Below are positions 1 to 11,754 of a DNA stretch of 64,000 nucleotides, in pieces. The translations under genes and the position numbers were made by a program. The notes under the pieces are model-generated. The model was not told the origin of the DNA. It did not search any database and worked only from the letters and a program-made list of their open reading frames with translations. The first letter of the stretch is position 1. The number at the start of each line of letters is the position of its first letter. This DNA is from Sphaeroforma arctica JP610 (lineage: Eukaryota): contig NW_014040144.1 of assembly GCF_001186125.1 (NCBI RefSeq), positions 7,785 through 71,784 on the forward strand, read 5' to 3'.

Positions 1-1049
1 GCTCGTATTCTTGGAGGTGTTGTGACCAAAGTATTTCGTCCAATTACCGATTCTCTTATTTGTTTTTCAATTGGCCCAGAGTGTTCTCTGAAAGGGCGCC
101 TGGCAGCTGTATTGGTTACACCTCTTTAAGCATAGTGAAATAAGAATTCTTAGATGGTAGTATGTCTCAACTATTTACTAGATATTGTAGACTGGTATGT
201 ATTACGTTTCATCTGGGACTGGAAGTATTCATAGACAATCGAATCGTGTGAGGATCAGATATTCTGAAAATGAAATTAAAAATCCCCTTTCACTAAACAC
301 TACATAGGCTTGCAGTCTTGTACTAACGGGCACAGTTATCGGTTGACACTGGACCGCTTGTAGTTAGACTTCAAGACTTGGTTTCAAGGACTTGTAGTTG
401 GCAGTCTGGCGTCTGCACTGTGCGCTGTGCACACAAAGAATACTAAGTTTTAGTTTGAGTTTTCAGTTTTGACAGCTCATAAATTTCATGACACTGAAAT
501 AGCTGTGTAGATTAGATTTGCTATAGATTAAAAACGCTCCTCTGATAGGCTACCTTTCATATTAGATTTCAAATTTTCAATTCACCCTCTGGGTGGCTCT
601 TACAGTGGTGGCATTATTCTCAAAATCACGTTTCTGTAACAGGATTCCATACATTGTGGCTCTGATTCGTGCTGGTGCACAACATAGTCTTCTCCTCCTG
701 AGTATTTAACATGTATGTCAGTAAAGTTTACTCCGATCGCAGTTTCAATTTTAATCCTCCATCCCCGTATTTTTAAATTTTCGTCCCAGTCACTAATCAC
801 TATCACATCCATGATCAGGGTCAGATCAGTGGATCACATCTGACATCTGTAGCAAAAGTAAGCATGTACTGTAACCTTAATTGCCCATGTCTGTTGTGCA
901 CATAGCAGTGACCAACCCCGTCAATTAGTGAGCAGTAGCCTTACCCACACCAGAATATCGATAACAAATAGGGCTCCAGACTTTGTTCACCAGTTACATC
1001 CTCTAATCGCTCCTTAAGCTGATACACATGCAATCTATGCACCTTGCCA

Positions 1050-4000
1050 TCAATCCGAACCTTATACATACCCTGCGATTCACGCATCACCACAACACCA
1101 AAGCCATATAAGAATTCTCCATTCTATTGCCTTCACGCGTCTCTAAGCGTCATACCAACTGGCCTGGTTCCCATACTGGAGCCACTCGCTTACGTTTATC
1201 GACCGCCCTCAACTGTGAACCCTTAGCAACCTCATTCCTAATATCAACAGCTCGATCACGTACCGCTGCTTCACTCAATACTTTCAACCTCAAAACATAC
1301 AATAAATTCGCCTGAAGTACCATGTCAACTTGCGCTGTATATTGCCGTCCTATCACATGAGAATAAGAACTAACACCCGTAGTAGAATTGACCGTCGCAT
1401 TATAAGCTAACACAATAGAATATATGTATGCAGGCCATAACCGCTCTTCACCCACTGGAAGACTTTGCTATCCAATCAACAATCGTGCGCAGCACACACT
1501 CAGCACGTCCATTGCCCTGATGCCGATTAACAGACACATAATGGCACTCTGCACTCCTCTCCGCCCAAAATTCTTGCATTTCATCGGAGACAAAAGGGCC
1601 ACCCTGATCTAATGCCACACGCTTTGGTGTACCCCAGGGGAGAACCTGCTGCTGCGGAAACTCCAACACACCCTTGGAGTTTTTCTCATGAGCCATATAT
1701 GGCCTACACTATATCATTCGAGAGAAATGATCAATAGCCCTCCTTCAAAACCATGTGCAGCTTTTACCAATGACAAGTGATCCATACCAATACACATCCC
1801 CACACTAGCCGGTCTATCAGGCTGCATAAACAACCCAGTATCACCTCTCAACTTAGTCACCTGCTGATACGCGACATACCCCTTCAAAACCGCAGCCACC
1901 TGCGACTTCTGTACCTCATCTCCATATTTCTGCTGCAAGAAGGCAAACGTACGATCAACACCAGCATGCGCAAGTGTCTAGCTGTAGTCCTGCAACGGAC
2001 GAATTAAATCTGACCACACATTCAATCCCACACAATCAATTTGTGCTGACGCGGTCTCTTCTGGATCCCACACACGCAACACACCCCTGTCAGCAACCGC
2101 AGGAATCTGCTGCTGCAACAGACGCAGTCGAACCCAAAAGTCAGAGTCTTCACTCTCAGCAGCAGTACGTTAAAAAAACCACCAAGCATTCCCTCAATGC
2201 AATCATCTGTGCCTTACGATACTCTACATTCTTATGCACAGCTCTCATCGACAAATCTACATCAACATCCACTTCCGGCAACCCCATCTGTGCACAAGCC
2301 ACAAACTTCACATTCCCAACCGCTATGGGAATCATAATCGGATCGAACCACCATGGCATACGACTGAGACCATCCACAACCTCATTTTGTGCTCCCTCGA
2401 TATGAACCACATCCATATCAAAAGAACGAATATACATAACATTACGATATCGTTGCTTCCCTACAGGATCGATAGAGAACTCAAATTGCCGCAAAACACC
2501 CAATAAGGGTTCATGATCCATCTCAGCCCGCACACACAAAATGATCTTCGAATCCAAGGCTCTAATTTTTTGAACCCATAGGCCAAAGCAATCGATTCAC
2601 GATCAGTCGGAGATAGATTTGCAGGAAAATCTATCTTAGAACTAACAAAGCCAACTGGCAGTCACCGCCCATCTCTCAATACATAAAGAGACGCACCTAC
2701 TTCCAAATCATATGCATCAGTTTGCATTCTCAACTGCTCATCCTGAGCCGGCTCGGCTAACACCACTTGCGCCTTTAACAACCCACGCACCGCCAAGAAA
2801 GCATGCCCTGAGGCTCGCCCTGGCAGAAACGCACCCTTTGCTCAACAAGATCATCTATTAGGCGCCAATATCCTGGAAACCCCAGGAACATACTTCGCCC
2901 ACCAGCCAAAACGTTGATACCATGACCGCACTTGAGCTTTCGTATTTGGTCTTGGCATCGCTAACAACGCCTGCAACTTGTCATCACTAATCATAGATCC
3001 CTGTGCTGTCTCCGAATGTCCTATAACAACAATAGGTTTGCCTTGATAAGCACAATTTCATTTCGCTAAACGCTGCTAGATGCCCTTCGTCTTAAATCGA
3101 CGTATTATCTCAACAATATCAACCCAATATCAAGCCCGTATCATCAATATAAAAACAACTGTTGAAAACAAGGAGGCCTCTTTAAGACCAAAAGACATCC
3201 CTATATATTGAAACCGTTCGCCCCATGGTGTCAAGAACGCAGTAGCTCCTCTACTTTCCAGAGCTATCATCAACTGCTCAAAACCATCCCCTGTATCAAC
3301 ATTGGTCCTATACTTGAATCCACGTACTGACAACAAGAATTTATCCACTGTCGGAATAGGATATGTATTAGCCTCCAGCAGATAATTAGTCCTCAGATAA
3401 TTTATATACATTCGCCATTCCTTGGCTTCTTCATAACTAGGTGTACTCCCAGGGACCTTAGGTACCAATTTCGGCACCGTCAGCCAATCCGTATCCTGTA
3501 ACCTTTCAATCAAGCCAGGCTCGAACAAGGCATATACCTTCTGCCTTGTGATCTATATTATACGCACATCATTTTCTTTATACACCTGCCCCACAGGCAC
3601 ACCACCATCCTTGATTTGTAACTGCAACATACGGTCACGAACTCGTCTGGACAGTGCGTAGCAGAATGCTCCTTCTTACTACATCCCTGACAAATCACCT
3701 CTTTCAAGACAGGACATTCTCTCACATAATGCCCGACTTCCTTACGAAAGTTGCACGGACCACGCAGCCCACTCATCGCGCTCGTACCCGCACCAGCTAC
3801 TTGACGAGCCGCAGCCGCTTGAAACTGCTTCTGCTTCGCCTCCATACACACCTGATGTCTACGGTTTGCTTGATCTTTCTCAGCCTGTTGCTCTTTTGTA
3901 TCCTCACGCATACACGTCAACTGTTCTACCACATCCGCCAAACCACCACTTCAGCCTTACTACCATCAAACAAAGCTTCTAGCAGACTCACTGTACGAGC

Positions 4001-4701
4001 TGACAAATCTTTCAAATCCTCAAGCACTTTCTTCCGAGCATCAACATTATTCGCCAATACCAGCATAGATTAACACCAATCATCATACCTAAGCAACGGA
4101 ACGAGCCACCTCAAACCATGCTGCTCTTCATTCAACGCGTTCTTCCGTATTTGTTTAACTATTGCCTCATACTGCTGCTTATGCTGCTTCAACAAATCCT
4201 TTGATGCAGCTCTCGCATCCTCGTCATCAGTCTCTAACTTACTATCTTCTGCCACCTCATCCTCAGACTCATCAAAATCCTCAAATGCATCATGTTCTTT
4301 CAATGCTTTCTTTGCCTCATTCACCGCAATCACATAACGCGCTCCATTATCCTTCAACTCTCTTCACGCCAAAAGCACTTTATCCGGCTTATTACGCCAC
4401 AGACCTATTGATTTTGCAAAATCAGCCTGCGATTCAACTATCTCAAACGAATCCTTGAACATAGAATACAGAGCTGCTGCCGCCATCTTCAAGTCTTTCG
4501 GCTTAATCCGCAACGACTGCACAAAGGCTTCAGGTTCTGATTGCGTCTCAGGAGTAACCTCCTGCAAAAGAAGCACACCAGTCCTCTTTCATACGCCTTC
4601 GTCTTCTGCGCCCTAGCCCATCGATCCATCAGCACCGTCACCGGCTCCCCTCTGACATGCTTCCACAATGGTTCATTTATTTCTTTCTCTACATACGCCA
4701 T
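1050..4701 (-). mobile_element. Defective Ty3/Gypsy-type LTR retrotransposon internal region (gag-RT-RNaseH-integrase), broken by stops and frameshifts; no protease recognised
   Basis: Minus-strand fragments in order: gag-like 4701-3560 with two degenerate CCHC knuckles (CNFRKEVGHYVREC, CQGCSKKEHSATHC); RT 3528-3130 (YPIPTVDKFL, FLTPWGERFQYIGMSFGLK); RNase H ~2750-2400 (QTDAYDLEVGA, DHEPL, HIEGAQNEVVDGLSR); integrase 1938-1150 (GMDHL, LDQGGPF, HQGNGRAE, LAYNATVNSTTG). RT-RH-IN order is Gypsy-type. LTRs not identified. Confidence 0.88.
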
Positions 4702-4821
4702 ATTCTACTAGCGTTTAGTTGTAATCTCAAATTCGTATACTCTACTTTTTTGAATTATAATTGTTGACCAGATGTTTATTCTAGCAGACTGAACATTAAG
4801 CTCAAAGTATCCTCGCTTATA

Positions 4822-4851
4822 TAGGGTTTAGGGTTTAGGGTTTAGGGTTTT
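4822..4851. repeat. Interstitial telomere-like (TTTAGGG)n tract, about 4 units
   Basis: tagggtttagggtttagggtttagggtttt read directly. Confidence 0.85.
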
Positions 4852-4926
4852 TATAGACCCTACTCTTCTTATAGTACGTCATTACAAACCGTCACATCTA
4901 ACAGTGATTTACTATGTAAAGCGCTG

Positions 4927-5410
4927 CAAAATACGAACCACTAAACTATACTTAATTGAATCCTCCACCATTCATAACTCCGTTATCTCAGTAAAACACT
5001 CAGCAAAATACGAACCACTAAACTATACTTAATTGAATCCTCCACCATTCAGAACTCCGTTATCTCAGTAAAACACTCAGCAAAATACGAACCACTAAAC
5101 TATACTTAATTGAATCCTCCACCATTCAGAACTCCGTTACCTACTCTTTCAGTAAAACACTCAGCAAAATACGAATCACTAAACTATACTTAATTGAATC
5201 CTCCACCATTCAGAACTCCGTTATCTCAGTAAAACACTCAGCAAAATACGAACCACTAAACTATACTTAATTGAATCCTCCACCATTCAGAACTCCGTTA
5301 CCTACTCTTTCAGTAAAACACTCAGCAAAATACGAATCACTAAACTATACTTAATTGAATCCTCTACCATTCAGAACTCCGATATCTACTCTTTCAGTAA
5401 AACACTCAGC
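4927..5410. repeat. Tandem repeat, 6 copies of a ~77-84 bp unit, upstream of the Gypsy gag
   Basis: aaaatacgaaccactaaactatacttaattgaatcctccaccattcagaactccg recurs near 4928, 5005, 5082, 5166, 5243 and 5327. Confidence 0.95.
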
Positions 5411-5999
5411 CACTCCTTTGGCTACAAATGGTTGAGTTTACATTTCTAATTTTATGATTTCCTATATCTACTACTATCTCAAATAGAGCCAAGTATACGA
5501 GTCCTATCAATTACTCCGGCTATACGAATCATCAAAGTGAATATAGAACACTCTGGATTTATTAGAAAGGAATTGTATTTAATCATATAGATACAGATAA
5601 AATATGTATACTCGTCTCGTGTGTGCGCTAAGTCCAGCACCGCCATTGACTGTGTTAGGACAGTGCGGGCGGCGTCGGACAGACGGTACCCTTGGGCATT
5701 CTATACAAAGCCTGGGCCTGTCGTATTTTATTGTGAAGTTTTACCGTACTAAAACTAAAATAAATATAGGATATTCTTGTAGGAAGTGATGGGATGGATC
5801 TTCAAAAATGGTTGGCCAGATGAATAGACTGAGAGTCGGTGCTGTACTTCACGCTGTCTTGCCTGCTTATACACGCTGACAGAATGCCCGCTTCAGTCTT
5901 GGCCGAATAATGTTTATTTATATTATTATTCGATTGGTCTCCTCGGCCACGTTTATAGGTATAAATTTACAAGTGGTTTTTTGTGTCGTAAAATATAAA

Positions 6000-6520
6000 C
6001 ACTCGTGTGTGCGCTTAGTCCAGCACCAGCCTTATGCTATACTATCCTTACTTCTTTAGCTAAAAGTGTGGTCTACAGTTACTATAAATATAACTTTATT
6101 AAAATCACATCTGATATATCTTTACTTCTACTTTTAAGGGGACCTCTCCCTCTCCGAAAGATAGCCCATAAGCCATTGGAGGAGGCTATTACAAAGTTAG
6201 TACCCTATCTCCCCCGCATATGCGTAGATCCCGGTACTGTAACTTAAATCCACGACCCAAGTTTCCCCGGTCGATCACAATGGACTGCTAGAGAATTCCG
6301 TACTCGTGTAAGATAGAGACGCTCACACTCAGATGATTTCCCCCTCCTTTATGAACCACCCCCTAGATTTGTATTGTTATACTCTCCTCATATGACTTTC
6401 CTCTCGGAACATGATAGATGGACTCCCCCCCCTTTGACTGGGTGTGGATATGAGCTCTTTTGGGAGATACTCCATACTCCCCCTCTCGTATATTGGGCTA
6501 TGGCTATCAGCCGTTTATGA
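6000..6520 (-). pseudogene. Degenerate intronless PP2C-like protein phosphatase remnant
   Basis: Manual minus-strand translation gives RVRNSLAV (cf. RVNGxLAVSR) and then NFVIASSNGLWAIF (cf. FLILASDGLWDV) in one frame with internal stops. RSKDSI and LVLD (cf. GSxDNITVxVxDL) follow in shifted frames. Confidence 0.5.
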
Positions 6521-7341
6521 TTGGGTATCGACTGGCTATCATATTGATGATCCCTTCTTTTGATCCTTATTTTGATATATACCACTGAATTGTATTTAGA
6601 TGGACAAAAGTATGGATGCTATCTTGCCCAGAAGGATGCGGTGATAACTTTTAAGAGGTAAAATTGACCATGTCTATTCATTGGTTGATAGGATATCTGT
6701 CGGTATGATATCCAATACATAGATGACGACTTCCAACGGTGACTGAGAACCTATGACACTGTCCTATTCTTAGGTTTTTAGATACATATGTACCAGTCTT
6801 CTTTTCCAGGCTATTTGTTTACATATACTTTGATTTCTACACTATAGAGATATAGGGTAGACAGTAAACCAGTCTTCGACTATCCCCACTTATCCGATTT
6901 TAGGGGATCACCCATCCCCCTGACGAGGAGCACCTTCACTACCCTTGTAACACAACTATCCCTCATGAGTCACTATTTTATCTTTCCGCACCGTAGAGTA
7001 GGAATTGGACCCATAATCTCCGAACTCTCACCCAAAGGAAATGAATCTCATCTTATATCGTTATATATTTCATATATAAAGATTGGGAAGTCATCCCGCA
7101 TTAAAGGTAAAATCAGGCTGTCTATCCGAATTCATGGCTCCTTAAAAGAAAATGATAGGAAAGCTTCAAATACCTGCCTGCCTCAGCGATTACTCCAGAC
7201 GGGCTCCTCTATGGGAAGACCCTACTTCCCTCCCTCTCTAAATATAAAAGGCATATTTCTTGTTCTATAGAAGACTACTATAGTGGGGAGGGGGGCGGGT
7301 GGTTGAATGTATCAAACTAGTAAAAATATGTTTTAAAGTTA

Positions 7342-8118
7342 TGTGTGGGCTGTGGTGATGCTCTTTATAAAGAATACTGTAGAATTTAGTAGTGAGTGGA
7401 AATGATTGAATTCGAGAGAATAAGAATTGAGTTGTCGAGAGATACTAGAAGTGAGGCAGACAAGAGAATAAAACGGTAGTCGTGAGTGTAGCTTTTGTAG
7501 GCTGGTCCGAATCCTACCCTACTGTAGGAGAGAGTGAATCGCTACCCCTGGGGTGAATAGACTGGTCTACACCATACGATTCTACTGGTCCCCATAATCA
7601 CATGAGCAAGAACCTGCACCTGAGTGTCTCAGATAGTAAAGTCCTCCCGCTCTCTGACGGGGAGCGAAGCAAAGATACTTCCCGTAGGCGTTATCAGGGG
7701 CGGGGGAGGGGGGGGAGTAAAACAACTTAGATGGGGAAGTATATACTACTCCGTAGGAGTCACTCTCTCTGAGAGGGGAGTGCAGATCTACAATGCTATC
7801 TCATCAAAGGTACCAAAGTTCCCCTCCAAGGAACACTTGGAACCCGTTGCTCTGTAGCTCATCTATAGTAAAACCTACCCCCTTGGTGCTCAAGCACCTA
7901 ACACCGGTAAATAATATTGCCGACCCCACCCTGACTGCCAATCTTGTCCTGCTACGATTGCATGGTGAGCCCACGTCACTGAAGCACCAGATGACAACAG
8001 AATACCTTTTCATGAACGGTACCTACCCGAGTTATCAACACTTCAATCCCTTGTGGTGGTCACAGAGAAGCTATTTTAGGAGCAGATGACAAAGCCGTAC
8101 CAAATAAAACGCGGCTGA
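7342..8118 (+). pseudogene. Decayed intronless ORF of unknown family
   Basis: Protein-like frame (CVGCGDALYKEYCRI..VEMIEFERIRIELSRDTRSEADKRIKR..; ..QIYNAISSKVPKFPSKEHLEPVAL..) interrupted mainly by TAG stops, with a probable frameshift in the G tract near 7700. Confidence 0.35.
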
Positions 8119-8574
8119 GAAGCCGCAGGGACTGAAAGCGTTTAATCATAGGGGTAATTTACTTTGTTAATATTCAGACATTCGGGCCTATTGATTATTT
8201 TGCATAGGGTCTCAAATGGGCAAAACCTTTTCCAGCCGGGAAAAAAAAGCGTCACGGACCTTTTTCAGTCGGATTTATATGCTTTAAGCCGAATTTTTTA
8301 GCGTCACCGACGTTTTTTGGCGACGGACAAAAAATCGGTGATAAAGTCGACAGGGACTTAGAAAAGCTTACGCTTTCAGTAAAAAAGCTATAAATAAGAT
8401 TACCTCTGAGACAATAGTAGCTTTCCAAAATCCCTCCAACCTACCCTCGTTACCTATATATCTATAGCCCTAGTACTATTTCACTATTAGGGTATTTTGA
8501 TTGTTTTCCCCTTCTCTACTTCTACAGACATTGTCCTCGAACCACGCTAGTATTTAGATATTTTTATTTACATT

Positions 8575-8959
8575 CGTGTACACGACTGCTCATCATTCTT
8601 GTTCTAGATAGAGATCCCTCTTGCCACTACTTATCCTGCACTCCAACCCTTTCTCAAGTGCTAGCTGAAGATAACATTTTATACCTTCATACTGACTAGT
8701 CATAATCTTCTGTGCACACTAACCCCAACCACACCCCTGTTAGATTTTTTTCTATACTTCGTGTTCCTCTCCAAAGGTAGACAGATTGATACCCTCGTAG
8801 GGTAGATTTTTGCCGAATAGAATAGTGGTAGGCGATATCTCCCGAGGGTTCTCTGACGACACTCGGTGCACCTGGGTGGCCGAGAGGGATGTAACACAGA
8901 ATACCTACTTGTCCATGAATTCTACTTGTAATTTAAGGTAAGATAGGCAGATAAGACAT
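8575..8959 (-). pseudogene. Decayed intronless ORF of unknown family
   Basis: From ATG at 8959: MSYLPILP*ITSRIHGQVGILCYIPLGHPGAPSVVREPSGDIAYHYSIRQNLPYEGINLSTFGEEHEV*KKI*QGCG..., where the internal stops are TAA/TAG. Confidence 0.3.
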
Positions 8960-9107
8960 ATTTTTTCGGGTAAGTCTATGCGTCAGGGGAGAGAGTGCTC
9001 ATTCCCGGGTATGATGTCCGAGCGTATCGCATATCCACACTCCATCTAGCTAACCCATATATATATGTATATATATATATCTATACTATATACACTCTAC
9101 AAGCGCC

Positions 9108-11722
9108 TCACTCGCTCTCAAGGATACGGTTGAGTGTCTTGAGCCATTCGGTGCACTTGTCCTTGGGCGTCACAGGTGCACACATAAGATACACCACATT
9201 GCCCAAAGGTCTGGCAAATACCCCCTCTTGTCGCAGCTTCGTCACCACACGCTTGCCAGCGGTCGACGAGTACCCTACTTCGTTCGACTTGAGCGCCACT
9301 ACACACACTGTGCCTAGACTGAAAGCGTGATGTACGGCTGCAAATAGGAATGAAGAAGGAAGATAGGAATGTGTGAATATTCAGGGTTGATTCATGCTTG
9401 TCTCGTGCAGGATATGGTGAGATTTCAGACTAGAACAACCCAAAGTGCCAGTCGATCGCTACTACGCATACTGTTCGTAGGCTGACGGTGTGGTGTGCGG
9501 CATTGGAAGAAGACGATAGAGAGAGACGTCAACAAACGAAATTGTCCTCAATGTTATTCGGAGGGAACAGAATGATCAGGAGATATTGGCATTTACAGGC
9601 ATTGGTTTATGGTTACTCGTGAAGGAGAAGTTGAGAGCGAATATAAAAACTCTGTATCGTATTTAGATACAAATGAAGCATTAGTAGCTTATTACGCAAT
9701 TGTGCATGTAGTCCATGAATGTATCGTACTTATATACAAAAGAAGCATTGGCAGTTATTACGCAATTGTGCATATAGTCCATGGATGTATCGTACTTATA
9801 CATAAACGAAGCATTGGCAGCTTATTACGAAATTGTGTATGTAGTCCATGGGTGTTTCATACTTAAATATAAATGAAGTATTTACAGTCCAATATATCAC
9901 TACCATAAAGAGTCGAGGCTAATGCCACGATGCAAGATAGAATGTATGTACATTGTCCTATATGCATTGAACCAATAGAAGAAATGGGGATATGAAACGT
10001 ACATCGATCCGTTGTTAGTATTGAACAAAAAAGTGTAGCAAGAGCATCGAACTTGCGCATATACTCTTCGTATTTACTGAAAAGGACAGGTTACTACCGT
10101 ACATTTTCATACTATCCGGTGTCATGCAGTTTCCGTATTGGAATAAGATGAAAAAGTCAAGATATCAACACAGAATATAGTATTGCAAACTGTCAAATGT
10201 CGAACCACGCCGATGATACATATACATATGATCTAAAAATATATTTGTTCTTAGGCTTAGGGTTTTACAACTCTCTCTATATATAGACTTATGCATATGC
10301 ATCCAATTTCAGGTAAACGATACATGATAACATCCACTTAACAGAACCTACCTCTATGTCCAGACAGCTTCTCAACCTCAGCAATATCCCAGGACTCGGC
10401 GAGTGTTTGGGTCTGTTGATCGAAGTTAGGACTCGCCTTGTACTGTTGCAACGCAGTAAGTACTGAGGCACAACCTGCAGGAAAATTGTAGTACACCGGC
10501 GCTGAAAACACTGATCGCGAATGATAGTCTGATGCAGATGAATACACAAACTTGTCACATACATGATATGAAATTGAGTAGCCACACGTTGATGAGTGTC
10601 CATATAGGCCAGCCAATATTCACTTGCAGGCTGCATGTATACATACATATATACATATACACACCTTTATATATATATATATTTATACTACATTCTTGCC
10701 AACATGTGCCTATCATAAAATTCAGCACTCCTAGTAAACCATCTAGGTAGCGCCCCATTAGTTATATATTGACTAGTTCAAACCGGCAACTGTAACGAGT
10801 CAACGTATGTTACTACACACTTACCCATGGGGTGTGCTGTGTACGAGTGGCCGTGCAGAAGTGCATCCGCTTTTGCGTCGCCCAAGAAAGAATCGAAGAC
10901 ATCCGCCGAGGCCACAGTCACTGACATTGGTATCACTCCGCCTGTGATTGGGTGTGGAAATCTTTTCAGTAGCTACAAACATACGTATGCGCGCTTCTGT
11001 CTTTGAATTTATAGGCATGTACAAGCATGTATAAGCATGTATAAGCATATATATATATATATACGCGTACAAATATACAGAAATATGAAACTAAACCTCC
11101 TTATGACAATCCGTGACGAGATCCAAAGACGCACAATCCAATCTTAGCATACACTCAGGTATAGGTACCTGTGAGCAGCTTAGCATAGCAGGAGATGTCG
11201 GGATCCACACCCAGCAACTGTGTGGTAGAAGCACAACCCAAGCGCCAAAAGCCTGCGAACACCTCATCAAAGATCACAGGGATGTCCCGCTGTCGACACA
11301 CACGAATCATGGCTCGCTGGAATAGCGGATCGATCCACATCATACCCCCGGCACCTGTATGGATAATTTGATGGATGTTATGTTATTTATTTGCTAGGTC
11401 AAGTAGATGCATAGGCTAGTCAGGAGATTGTATGTACATACATACGGAATATATGTGAAAGTATATAGATTGTATGTGAATAAGCTCGGACTGGAGGTAT
11501 ATATATATATATATATTGCATGTACATGTTTGTGTCATGTGCGTCTTCACAGGTGCTTATAGTCTGTTTCCGCTTGCATATACGGACTATGGCACGTTGG
11601 AATAGCAGATCAATCCAACATGAACCTCCGGCACCTGCAGGGATGATACTATGTAAACCAATATAGGTATGCAAATTTCAAATTGTATATATATATACGT
11701 ACATACATACACACACACACAC

Positions 11723-11754
<32 letters not shown>

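Noticed and set aside
5428..5550. Possible short 5' LTR (TG..CA on the minus strand) of the Gypsy element
   Set aside because: No matching copy found at the other end and no convincing primer-binding site.
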